From Azolla caroliniana (taxonomy: Eukaryota; Plantae; Polypodiophyta): a DNA stretch of 64,000 nucleotides. Both the position numbers and the translations under genes were made by a program. Location: the NCBI GenBank assembly GCA_043228905.1, contig JBHGNT010000004.1, forward strand, positions 19,716,001 to 19,780,000. Reading direction: 5' to 3'. This document shows positions 47,601 through 59,950 of this stretch, in pieces. How positions within the stretch are numbered: position 1 is the stretch's first letter; each line of letters opens with the position of its first letter. The notes below the pieces were generated by a model. The model was not told the origin of the DNA, did no database searches, and saw nothing but the letters and a program-made list of their open reading frames with translations.

Positions 47601-49574
47601 GGCTGATTCAGGCTCACTAGCCTGATCTTCCGGCATTGGGTCGGGATCGGAAGTCGGAGTCGGTACAGAGTACCAGGATGCCGATTCATCGAACTCGACA
47701 TCCCGGCTAACTCGGACTTCCTTCTTCCGGGGGTTATAGCACTTATACCCCTTTTGCTCTTGAGCATAGCCGACTAGGATGCATTTTCCCTCCCGCCAAG
47801 GTTTACACTTTGTGCCGGTCCCCACACATCCGAATGGATGAGATCGAGCTTGTTACGGCTCCGGTTCCGTTCGGTGGGGAATGGAAGCCGGTGTTGCTTC
47901 CCAAGTTGGCAGGCTTCACAAATTTCGGCTCTCCGGCCGTTGAACTTCGGCAAACCGACAACGACTTGTTTCGTTTGCAGGTCTTGAAGCCTCTGGTAGT
48001 TGACGTGGCCTATCCGATTGTGCCACAGGTCGATATCCGACTCAACCTTCTGTCGATTCGCGAACAGAGCGGTGCCAAAGTCATTGGTGTTGAGGATAAA
48101 CATCCTCCCGTCTCTGCGCCCTTGCGCAATGACTTCGTCCTCATCCTCAATGAAGCACCCGAGGTGCGTAAACCACACCTGCATCCCCTGGTCAACAATC
48201 TGACCGACGGACACCAGGTTCTTCGTGATTGTCGGAACGTGTAATACGTTCATCAGCTTCCCTTTCTGTCCGACGTGGCTTAGAGGGACTTCTCCGACGT
48301 GCACGATTGGGTGAGGAGTGTCGTCTCCGATTTCGACTACTCCTGGTTGATTCGGTTTCTCCAGAAAGGAGAACCACTCTTTGTGGCTCGTCATGTGGTT
48401 CGATGCGCCGGAATCAACATACCACATTTCCTCCGTTTTGGAAGTGGTCTTCTTCATTGAGTTTGCCTTGTGATTCATCACCAAGGCTGGCCCCTTACCG
48501 GCCTTTCCGGTTCCGGATCCTCCTGATCCGTTTGCGTAGTCCGAGTTTTGTTGGCGACCCTTACCAGTCTTGCCGGATCCGGATTTGTCCAAATCGGGAC
48601 GCTTTCTCCAACACTCGCTTTCCCTGTGGCCTTTTTTGCCATAGTACCAGCATTCCGTAGCGGATTTGTCTTGCCGGCCTCCGGCACCGCCTTGACTCCC
48701 CCTGCTTGTGGAAGTCCCGGAACTGATGTCGACACACTCATAGTGCCTTCGTTCCTGCTCTTGCCAGCCGCCTCCATTGTGTGCCGACCCACCTCTTCCA
48801 CCACACCCATGGAGCCGATCCGTTCCCGTGTACAACATTTGGCTGTCCGGGGATGCACTGGTAGATGCACCAGCGTGGTTCTCCTCTACAAGGAGCATCG
48901 ACTGTAAGTCAAAGAATGAGGGGGTATTCTCCCTTGTACACACCACAGTCCAGAACGCTCCGAACTTGGACGCCAGGCCTCTGAGACATACCTGCACCAT
49001 CTCGTCTTCCTCTACGGTAACATTGATAGAGGCGAGCGAGTCGCAGATTTCCTTTATCCGGACCGTGTAGTCTACCACGGACATGTTCTTCTGTCGAACA
49101 TTGCTCAACTCCTGTCTGAGTTGCAGCTTCCAGGCAGTGGTGCTTGCAGCAAAAACCTTTTTCAGGTTCCCCCAAGCATCCTTCGGTGTCTTGGCGTCAC
49201 GGATGTGGCTGAGCAGCTGATCGCCGACACTGGACGCGAAGCAGTACATCACCCTGCTTGCCGCCTGTTCCCATACCGGGAAGTCCTTGTGTGCCGAGTC
49301 GGGCACCGCATCATTCGCTCCTTCGACATAACTCCAATACCCGTGTCCAAGCAGGTACTGGTGCATCTTGTAAGACCAGGATGCGTAGTTGCTCCTGTCG
49401 AGCTTCTCCACCGGGAGCGACGTAGCCATGCCTCTATCCATGTCTTCTACTGTGTCTGTTTTCGACCTGTTAGGGTTTTCTTTTCAAGAGTAAATGTCTG
49501 CAGTAGAGGCTCTCAACCCTCGCGCTCTAATACCATGAGAACGTAAGTGTTTGCGAAAGCGAAAAACAGAGAAC

Positions 49575-49616
<42 letters not shown>

Positions 49617-49944
49617 AGAACACAATTTCAAAATTATATCAAAACTCTGTACACACACTGTGCTAAGTAGCACTATTTATACAAGTCCTCTTGGGACTGA
49701 CAGAAGTACCATGTACTTCAATGCTCACACGAGCATTTGACACTTACTACGAGACTATAGCTACCTAGTAGTCTATCCTATACTAGGCTTCCGATTGGAC
49801 TTCCGGTTACGGATTGCACCCGACCTCCACTGCTTGCCGGTTCGGTTGCTCACCGTAATACCGATCCGTTTCGCCCGATCCGTCTCGCTTACCGGCTCCG
49901 GCTTATTCAGCCGATCTTGCTCCGGTTGAGCTTGCCGCTCAACA
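44478..49944 (-). mobile_element. Copia F: Ty1/Copia inserted in the RT of Copia A; LTRs 44478-44906 and 49536-49944; integrase core deleted
   Basis: TSD GTTGC at 44473-44477 and 49945-49949; PBS TGGTATTAGAGC; PPT; (GA)n inside both LTRs. Confidence 0.95.
44901..49441 (-). pseudogene. Copia F gag-pol, broken (gag-PR 47774-49441, RT 46224-47546, RH plus extension 44901-46214)
   Basis: VDSGAS, LYVDDL, YTDADWAG, SSTEAEY; jump from VWGPA..NLGG straight to KCILVGY removes the IN catalytic core; stop at 46224. Confidence 0.9.
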
Positions 49945-52762
49945 GTTGCGCATAACATTTTGCTACTAACCGGGCCTTGTATCGGTTGCCCGAGCCGTCA
50001 GTGTTGTACTTGACCTTGTACACCCACCTGCATCCAGTCGGCTTTACACCCTTGGGGGCGTCAAACAGGTCCCAGGTTTCATTTTCCGCAAGTGTGTTCA
50101 TCTCTTCCTCCATGGCGGCACACCAATTTGCGTCCTTTGCCGCTTCTGCGTAGCTCTCCGGCTCATGCACTTCCGCTACAAGTGTCATGCACGCATAGTG
50201 ATGCGCCATGTGCTCGTTGTATCCGAACAACACAAGAGGGTTCTTTTGGTGGGTAGATCGGCGTAATTGCTCATTAGCCGATGTTGAGGCCGTTCTAGCT
50301 GACGCAGACTTCGCTATTGAAGGCTTGTCATCGCTCTTCTTGGAGTCGGATTCGCGTCGATCCGACTCGTCCCTGCCCGTGTCGTACTCTGGCATCTTCT
50401 TCTTTCCCTTTTCTTTGCACGTAAGCCGTCTCTTTGGCTTCCTGCGTGGGGAATGCACAGCCGAGTCTCCACTACTCGCCGACTCTTCATCTGACTGGTC
50501 AAACCGACTTAGTCGCTCATTCGGTCTAGTTAGCCGAAATGAGATCGGACTCTCTTCAAGAGTTCCGACTTCGCGTTCATCTGGAGGCATCTCAGCCTCG
50601 TTGACCTCTTCTTCAGAACTCGGATTGGAGCTGAGGTCCGGAGTCAGAGGCAAATACTAAGACGCGAACTCATCGAACACAACACTTATAACCCTTCTGT
50701 TCGTCTAAATAGCTGACCAAGATACACTTCTCAGCTTTCATTTCCAGCTTCCTCCGCTTCTCCTTCGGCACATGCACATACACGATGCTATAGAAAACCC
50801 TCAAGTGTCGTAGATTTGGCTTCCTTCCGAAATACAGCTCATGTGCCGAAACTTTTTCGCCGATCTGATTCTGGATGTGGACCGCGGTTCGGACCGCTTC
50901 GGCCCAATAGAGCTTGGGCATGCTCTTTTCTTCTAGCATTGCCCGCACCACTTCCACAATCGATCGATTCTTCCTTTCGGCTACGCCATTCTACTTTGGC
51001 GTATACTTGCAACTGAATTCGTGCCAAATTCCCATTTGTTACAGATAACTGTTGAATTGGCCGGAAAAGTACTTTTTTCTGCCATCCGACCTAAGATGTG
51101 TGAACCGGACTTGCATCCCGTGGTCGACAATCTGTCCGACCGACACCAGATTCTTCGTAATTGTCGGGACGTGTAACACGTTCATTAGCTTCCCTTTTTG
51201 CCCGACGTGGTTGAGGAGAACTTCACCGACATGTGTGATCGGATGCGGAGTGTTGTCTCCTGTTGCGACTATTCCTGGTTGTTCCAGTTTTTCCAGATAT
51301 GAGAACCACTCTTTATGGTTCGTCATATGGTTTGATGCTCCGGAGTCAACGTACCACAGTTCGTCCAATTTTGGGGTGGTCTTCTTCATCGAGTTCGCTT
51401 CGTGTCTTGTCACGAAGGTTGCCCCCTTTCCGACTTTTTCGGATCCTTCAGCGTAGTGTGTCCGCTGCCAATTTCCTTGTTCGGTCGGTCCGGATCCGGA
51501 TCCGGTTTTCTCCGAATCGGCGCGCTTCTTTCAACACTCGCTCTCCTTGTGGCCTTTCTTGCCACAATACCAACATTCTACGACGTGTTTCTCTTGCCGA
51601 TTCACGTCACCTCCTCGACTCTCCCTGCTTCCGGAGGGTCCAACATTGTTGTCGACATCACCACGATGCCTTCTTCCTTGCTCCCGTCTGCGGCCACCAT
51701 TGCGTGCCGACTCGCCTCGTCCGCCACGACCACGGGGCCTATTTCCTTCCGTGTACAACATCTTGTTGTCAACGTGCGTACTCGTCGACGCACCCATGTG
51801 ATTCTCCTCTACAAGGAGCATCGACTGCAAGTCGAAAAACGACGACATATTCTCCCTTGTACAAACAGCAATTCGGAATGCTCAAAGTTCGACGCCAATC
51901 CTCCGAGGCAAATCTGCACCATTTTGCCCTCCTCAACGTTCACATCAATGGAGGCGAGGGAGTCGCAGATATCCTTTATCTTGGAGGTTTAGTTAGCCAC
52001 CGTCATATCGCATTGACGCACATTGCTCAACTCCTGTCGGAGTTGGAGCTTCCTGGTTGTGGTGCTTGTGGCGAAAATCTTTTTCAGATTTCCCCAAGCA
52101 TCCATTGGCGTTCTTGCATCCCGAATGTAGCTCAAGAGCTATTCGTTTACACAGGACGCGAAACAATAGAGAACTCTGCTCGCCGACTATTCCCAAGCAA
52201 GGAAGTCTCTGTGTGTCAATTCGGGTGTTGTATCATTCGCTCCATCGACATAGCTCCAGTAACCATGTCCGAACAGGTATTGGTGCTTCTTGTACGACCA
52301 AGATGCATAGTTACTTTTGTCGAGCTTCTCAGTTAGAAGCGAACTAGCCATACATCTATCCATTTTTTTTCCTTTTCGTTCTTCACCGAGATTAGATTTT
52401 ATTTTTTGTTTGTTTCGAGCTGAAGTTGGCTATAGAGGTTCTCAACCCTCGCGCTCTGATACCATGTGAAATGTTACGTGAGGAAGCTATACGAAACACA
52501 GAATACCAACAGGGAAAAACAAGTTTAATGGAGAGCTCAAGACACAATGTATGCAGGAGAGACAGAGAGGGAAAAACACACAGAAAAACTAAATTCAAAT
52601 AATGTGTAAACTCTGTACATAGGATGTGCTCAACGAGCACTTTTATACAAGTTCGTACGGATTGACAGAAGTACTGACACGTACTTCAATGCTCATAACT
52701 GAGCTCTTACACTAACTCCCAAATATATTGCCTCGCGGAATATCTGTTCAATGGCCTCCCAG

Positions 52763-55700
52763 TGTCGTGAAGATCCGTCACTACGTGCGGATCGTGAGGC
52801 GGAACCGCCGGGGTTTTGGACCGGAAGGACTCGAAGTACACACTAGCTTAATGGTAAAGCCTATGAGAATTTCCATGTAAAGCTATGATAAAAATATAAT
52901 CCTTAAAGAAATGATTTTGGCTTAATGGTAAGCCTATTGCTTCTTATCTTGGAGGTGCAAAGTTCGAGTCTTGCTTGCATCTTTTTTCTTCTTCTTTTAT
53001 TTATGCACAAAATACTATTAGGCTTTTGGACCAAATATCTTTAAGACACCATGCACCGCGATCAACTGACCCGACCGGTCCGTTCGATTTGCATCCATTT
53101 GGTTCGGTTCGGTCCGCATCCCGAGTCGCTTGTCGGTCGCCTCCAGCTCACCGACTCCGCTCACCGTCGGTTGCCGCCGGTTTTGGTTGGCCAAAACTTT
53201 TACAAGTAGCTAGGCCACACCCACTCATCCAATTAGCTTATTTCAAGTCACCTTGAACTCTCTATGCTCCACACATAGACGCAAATATAATAGCTTTTGC
53301 TCTTCCTTATATATGATGAGATCCTTATTTGTCCTGTCTATGTGGGATATCTCATAGTTTTATCTTTCTCTTTTCCTTTGCAAACTTCCTACCCACATAA
53401 CTTGAGACTTAGATGTCTGTTTCTTATGTAGTAAAGTGCATTTGAAAGCTCTTGAAGACCTCCATCTTTTTGTACTAAGATATTAAACTTATTTAAAATA
53501 GTATTTTCACTATTATTGTTTTTATATGATTCATACCCAATTTCGTATGTTATATGCAATTTTCACAGCATTACCGAAAATCTTCACGACATCCACCCCC
53601 ACCAAACCGCACATCCTCCGGCACGTGCCAAGAAGAGAGAATGTGAGATTTCGGCAATGGTGATCAGCATGGCTCCTCAACGTCAAGCATGTCTGTTTCT
53701 TTGTACTCGAATCATTGTTGCCACCCAATCCACCATATCATTTGTTTTTTCTTTGCTTTACCATGACTTGTTGTCATGGCCCCTTGCTCTCTTCTTGAGG
53801 ATAATCGAATGTTCCACCTTTGTCTCGATCGTCTCCTTGCTCAAGGCACTTTGACTCGTTCACAGTAGTGTCTTTGATAGATGTTTTGATCACATCCTTT
53901 GGATCCTCATGGCTTGCTTGGCCATCGCCATCCCTTGTCATATTTTGCTCAAACTCTTTGTTGCACATATCATCTTTAACCCTTGCTTCTTCCCCATCAC
54001 TATCCTTCTCTTCGGTCTTACATCAGTTAATGCCCAAGTCTCTAGAACGAGTGTGGAGGGACCCATACATTTCCATCGTTCGCCTTTTTCGTGCTGCACT
54101 TAGCCATTTCCATCTTAAAGTTGCTCGAATCAGCATTGACCTTTGCTTCCTCGCCGTCGTTGCTCGAATTAGCATTGACCTTTGCTTCCTTGCCGCCAAC
54201 TTCCGTCTCTTGGGTCTTACATCAGTTAATGCCCAAGTCTCTAGAACTAGTGCGGGGAAAAGCTCTTCATGGCCATTCACCATCTTCGCCTTGACGTCAT
54301 TTTCCATAGCTATTCCTTCAAACTCATGGGCCTCGTACCCATCGATCCTTTTTATTGAGCAATCCTTTATTATGCTTCTCTCTTCGCCGCATGTATTAGT
54401 TTCGACCTTCGGTTCTTCGCCATCACCTCCCGCCTCTTGGGTCTTATATCGGTTCTCGGACGCAATTGCCCAAGTCTCTGGAACAAGTGTGGAGAAAATT
54501 TGGTCGTCGTCATTGGTTGTATTATCTTGGTCCTTCTCTTCCTTTTTGCCACCATCCGTCTCTTGGGTCTCACGTTGGTTCCCAGATGCAACTGCCCAAG
54601 TCTCTAGATGAAGTGTTAGGAAAGTCTCCACATGACCATCGGCCATCGACTTGTTCATAGCCATCTCCGACTCGATGTTGTTTTTCGTGGCTATCTCTTC
54701 AATCTCATGGGCCTCGCACCCATTGACCCTCTTGATCGAACAAGCTTCGATTGTCCTTCTCTCTTCATCGCATGTATTCGTTTCGACCTCCGGCTCCTCG
54801 CCGACACCTTCCATCTATTGGGTCTCACGCTGGTTCTTGGACGCAACTACCCAAGTCTCCGGAGCATGTGTGGAGAAAATTCGGTCATGATCGTTGTCGA
54901 CGCTTATTGTCTTGTTCATAGCCACCTCCTCGATGTCGTCTTTAGCGGCTAGATCCTCAATTACACTAGCCTCGCACTCTTTATCTCCATTGATGTAAGA
55001 TTCGATTTGGCTTGCTCCATCATCCATAGTTTCGAACACGACGCATGTTCCGAAACATTCGACCTCCTTTGAAATGGTCGTCATCGTCCTCGAGTCATCA
55101 TCAATCTTCTTTTCATTTAGGTTGTGTTGTTTAGGCGTCTCGACTTCTTTAGATGGTTTTGATTTTTCTACACTTGGTCTTACCAAGTCAATATCATTGA
55201 GCCATCAATGACGCATGTTGATCTTGTTGCATGCTTGATTCACCGCAACCCAATCTGCCACAAGCCCGTTCGCTTGGGTATCATCTTCGAGGAGAGTCCC
55301 CAATTCTCGTCTATCCTTCATGTCCACGGCTTTCAAGAAGTACAAAGTTTTGTCCTCCTCAAGCATCACTTGGTCCGTGGTAGGGAGATGACTAAACATC
55401 TGGTTGAACTCGTCGTACACCCTCGAGGCACTCATCTTCTTATTTTTCCTCTCTATCCACTTCATCAACGCATGTCGAGTCATCCTCAACAAATCTTCCG
55501 TCGCGAACTCCGCTAATATTGATCTTTCAAACTCTGACCACGTTGTCTTGCCTTCTTGAAGCTCGATGACACGGCTTTGGGTATTGTTGGCAACAACTCT
55601 CTTGAAGCTTGCGATTTGACATGCTTCGGACACATCCCTTTGATTCATCTCCCTTCTATATGCATCAAGGAACTTCGTAATGTTCCTTCCATCAAATTGA

Positions 55701-56819
55701 CCCTCGAGCTCAACGACACGGTCGACAACCTTCTCCACGCTCGCATCATTGTCTCGAGATCTCATCATTTGTTCAATGATCAGCATCATCCTTTCGAACT
55801 CTCCCACTTGGTTGCTTGAGGATGCCATCTCCAAGTATCGGTTGATCCTCGATTTGATCCTTCCCGCCGCCTCTTTCACGTTGGGTTCACCACTTAATTA
55901 TGTTGTGAAGATCCGTCACTACGTGTGGATCGTGAGGTAGAACCGTCGGGGTTCTGGATCGGAAGGACTCGAAGTATGCACTAGCTTTAGCGAGAAAGGA
56001 TTTAAGATAGATTGAGAGAGAGAGATTGAGATAAGATAGAATGCTTAACTTTAGATTGAGAGAGATTAAGATTGATACATCAATTGGATAACAAATTTCT
56101 TACTTTTAATTTCTTGATTAATATATCAATTGGATAACGAATTTTCTTCTTAATATTAATTTACATGTCACTCAATCAAGCTCTAATATGACAATTTACA
56201 TGCTATAATGATAAAAATATAATCCTTAAAGAAATTATTTTGGCTTAATGGTAAGCCTATTACTTCTTATTTTGGAGGTGCAAAGTTCGAGTCTTGCTTA
56301 CATCTTTTTTCTTTTTTCTTTTTTTTATGCACAAAATACTATTAGGCTTTTGGACCAAATATCTTTAGGACACCATGCACTGCGATCAACTGACCCGACT
56401 GATCCGTTTGGTCCGGCCCAATCCGCATCCCAAGTCGCTTGCCGATCGCCGATCGTCGGTCACCGGTCACCTCATTGCTTACCGGTTGCCACCAGCTCAC
56501 CGGCTCCGTTGCCTCGCCGGTTCAAGTCAATTAGCTTAGTTCAAGTCAATTAGCTTTTGCTCTTCCTTATATATGGTGAGATCCTTATTTGTCCTGTCTA
56601 TGTGGGATATCTCATAGTTTTATCTTTCTCTTTTCCTTTGCAAACTTCCTACCCACATAGTAAAGTGCATTCGAAAGCTCTTGAAGACCTCCATCTTTTT
56701 GTACTAAGATATTAAACTTATTTAAAATAGTATTTTCACTATTATTGTTTTATATGATTCATACCCAATTTCGCATGTTTTATGCAGTTTTCACACCATT
56801 GCCGAAAATCTTCACGACA
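52763..56819 (-). mobile_element. Gypsy E: non-autonomous gag-only LTR element; LTRs 52763-53591 and 55901-56819
   Basis: TGT(C/T)GTGAAG...CTTCACGACA ends like C; tRNA-Trp PBS; PPT; flanks CCAG / CCGA versus empty site CCGG in the other Copia A LTR; no pol motifs in the 2.3-kb interior. Confidence 0.9.
53774..55879 (-). pseudogene. Element E gag N-terminal domain followed by an acidic repeat region
   Basis: 55205-55879 is homologous to C gag (GQFDGRNITKFL, LGTLLEDD...DW); downstream pieces repeat ETWA.AS.NQRETQ. Confidence 0.75.
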
Positions 56820-57699
56820 CCGATTTCCGCACTGATTCGGCCTCTTGTTGTGTACCGGTTTACGCACCGGTTTTCAGCCAATGTTGAGCTTGTATCTCAA
56901 CATGATATACACTGATGATCAAGAAGAATTGGCTCATCATACAGAGAAGAAGAAGGAAAACAATTTCAACCAGTCGACCATCATGAACACTCAGATGGGC
57001 AGCTCTCTCCCCAATGAAAAGCTGACCAAAAAGAACTTTGCATCTTGGGAATACAAGATGCACCAATACCTTGTCGGCAAAGGTTATTGGAGCTATAATG
57101 AGGGAGCACAAGAAACAAAACCAAATCCAACACAAGTCGACTACCCAACATGGGAGCAAGCGGCAGGTTAAGTGTTTTACTAACATGCATCATGTGTCCA
57201 TGATCACATGCTCGACTACATCAGGAAGCCAAGAAAGATTTTCGTGGCCAACACAATTGCACGTAATCTTCAACTACGTGAAGAGTTGAATAATATCCAA
57301 CAGAGAGAAATGTTGATCACAAGTTACACCTTGAAGATGGAGTTGTGCAACTTGCTCGGCTGGATCAACGTCAACATTGATGACGACGAGATGGTGCAAA
57401 TATGCCTTGGTGGCCTAGCAACCTAATTCGACACAATGAGATCGACCGCCCTCACAAAAGAAAATCCTTCTTCCTTCTTTGACCTTCAGTCGATGCTACT
57501 GGTCGAAGAAAATCACGTTCGATCAAGGAGCGCCGCTCTACAAACACACATGCTCTACTCACACTTGGGCAAAGGAAGAGGACGTGGTTGTGCGAGAAGA
57601 GGCCGATTCAACCAGGGTCAAAGCGGACGAGGTCCAACCCATGAAAATAACTCCCACTACCAATAAGACGCGTTCGGTAGAAGTATTGGCATAAAAGGC

Positions 57700-59228
57700 T
57701 GAATCCTTCCACGTTCAATCCTAGTGTGAACACATCTTGAAGTTAGGGCTTGAGTATATAAGCTCAAACCTAACATTGTAACAATAATCCCTTCTTGAGT
57801 CTTGTAGAGAGAGTGCTACAGAAAAGAGAATAAGAGAGAACTTCCATTGAAGCTCCATCTGCATGTCGATCCATTGTTTCTCTCTGTTGTTGCACATCTA
57901 TGTCGTTTGTTGTTCACTAACTCACAGGTCCTCACACCTTCTTCCGTGTATGTCTATTCACAACTGGTATCAGAGCAACCTGCTATTCGGCAACGATGAA
58001 TAGTAGAAAAGTCAAGAAGAGGAGACTCCACAACTGAAAGAAAAGACCACATCAGTTAAATCTTACTTCCAAAAAGGAATATGGCTTCAACATTCGGTAC
58101 AGGAGTTAAGATTCGAAAGTTCGATGGCAAAAACTTTGCCCTATGGAAGGAAATGATGCAGGATGTACTTATAATCTAGCGTCATATCGAGGCAATAAGG
58201 CACACCAACAAGCCAACCTTGATGACAGCTGAAGAATGATGTTCACTAGACAAAGTTACAGGCAATGTACGAAAAGAAGTCCTCCTCTTCAAAGTTGATA
58301 CTGATCCGACAATTATTCAACATGAAGATGAGAGAGACAAACCCAACAACTTCCCACATCAACACCTTTAATCGGGTGTTATCTGAAATCTCCTCCCAAG
58401 GGATCAACTTCGAAGAAGAAGTGAAAGCCCTTGCCCTCCTATCGAGCTTGCCGGCTAGTTGGGAGGTATTCTGCACGACATTTGCAACAACTGTCCAAAT
58501 CTCAACTTGGACGAGACGATCGGACAAGTCCTCATTGACGATATTAGGCGAAAATCGATGGGACTCACCATCGACGAGTCGGTAAAAGCCCACCACTCGA
58601 CCGATTCAGTCGATCAAGAGAACAAGCCGATAGAACCGGTCGGAATACCAATCGGTCAAAAACGAGGGGAGACCGACAACGATCGAAGTTGAGAACTAGT
58701 CGAATAGGCGATTTCTGCACCCACTGCAGAAAAGCCGGTCACAACGTTTCCGACTATTGGTTGATCAAGAGGAAAGAGAGTGGTCAGTGATTCAAGCGAA
58801 ATCGAGGACGATCCGACTCGAACCACTCTCTAGTCGGCAACCAAATGAATGTTGCCGACTCCCGGTCACGCGAAATCCTATCTCTGGAGGACTCGATGAT
58901 CGGAGGAATCCTCTACAGTGCACAAGACGCACATACGTGGTTACTGGACTCCGGTGCCACATTCCACGTGACCCCTAACATCGAATGGTTTTCGAACTAT
59001 TCGGTCGGCACCAGCGGCATGATCCGACTAGGCAATGGGTAGGAATGCAAAATTTCCAAAGTAGGCGAAGTACCAATTCAATTGTTGAATTGCAACACAA
59101 TTGTCCTACACCAAGTCCGACATGTACCCGCATTGAAAAGGAGTCCGGTCTCCATCGGCACATTCGCCGAAAACGGGTATAGAATGACTCTTAGTGAGTC
59201 AACATGGATGATCAACAGAGGGAACCTA
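57700..59228 (+). mobile_element. Truncated Ty1/Copia of another family (LTR end, iMet PBS 57965-57976, gag-PR remnant)
   Basis: TGGTATCAGAGC; gag KFDGKNFALWK from 58081, ALLSSLPASW, WLLDSGATFHVT; many stops. Confidence 0.82.
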
Positions 59229-59247
59229 CCATGAATCTGTGAACATT

Positions 59248-59318
59248 ATGCTTCACCTGGACTTGAACCTAGGACTTTGTATTACGAAATTCGAAGCCTA
59301 ACCATTAAGGTAACCTAT
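59248..59318 (-). other. Free-standing tRNA-like A/B-box unit (SINE-head-like)
   Basis: Minus strand TACCTTAATGG-N32-GGTTCAAGTCC; no convincing cloverleaf. Confidence 0.5.
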
Positions 59319-59479
59319 CACGACATGAAATGATAAAGGCTACAATAATCAGATCATATTCCACTTCCACATCTATCAATCGTGCCTCCACATCATGCAC
59401 CCAAATTATAGAAGGGACTGTGGACAAACTTTGCACAAGCACCCTAATCTTAGAAGTTAGGGGAGTCCCTAATTTTGTC

Positions 59480-59950
59480 TACCATGGTTGCCGTTGAAGG
59501 ACAAACTGTGCCAATATTCTCCCCAATATTTTGCATCAAAGGATATAAGTGTCGTGGCAGATTAGGAAATACCATAGATATCATCATGGGATTACCAATT
59601 TTCTTAGCCTCATCCATAACATTGAAATTAGCATGCCAAGTGATGAGAGTGGTCGGTTATGCACACTTTGCCCTAAACAAGTTCGCGAGTCTGAGTATCA
59701 CACTTTCATACAATGCTCTGCCTTTGATCATATTCGACCATGCTTTCCACATCTCTTCGACCGAGCCCAATTCTTGCATGAATTCCTCTCACAACCACAA
59801 TGTGCACTCTCGATTGCAACATTCATTGGTAAAGTTCTTGAACATCGAGAGTCACTATTCACTTTCACACGTATCACGTGAAATGTAATATTTTTTGTCG
59901 CATAGGTCATATTTACCTCCGAAGACGGATAATATAATCTATCTATCTAC
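59480..59950 (+). mobile_element. RTE-like LINE 3' end fragment
   Basis: RLCTLC...ESEYH..IQC..FDHIR motif and an (ATCT)n tail at 59937-59949. Confidence 0.7.

Larger units (their letters stand above)
18889..56902 (-). mobile_element. Copia A: Ty1/Copia hosting the nest; 3' LTR 18889-19265, 5' LTR 52465-56902 (interrupted by E)
   Basis: TG..CA ends; TSD TGATA at 18884-18888 and 56903-56907; iMet PBS at 52453-52464; PPT from 19266; gag/PR/IN/RT pieces at 49950-52353 and 44195-44477, RH end at 19266-19810; LTRs about 92% identical by eye. Confidence 0.92.
18470..57690 (+). mobile_element. Copia Z: outermost truncated Ty1/Copia (5' LTR about 18470-18835, PBS 18836-18847, gag remnant about 56980-57690), split by Copia A
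   Basis: Degenerate iMet PBS TGGTACTAGAGC; removing 18889-56907 joins the leader to gag SSLPNEKLTKKNFASWEYKMHQYL; outer ends approximate. Confidence 0.7.

Noticed and set aside
53820-54611. 263-aa Ser-rich plus-strand ORF as an env-like gene
   Set aside because: Antisense shadow of the Glu-rich repeat ORF of element E; no env features
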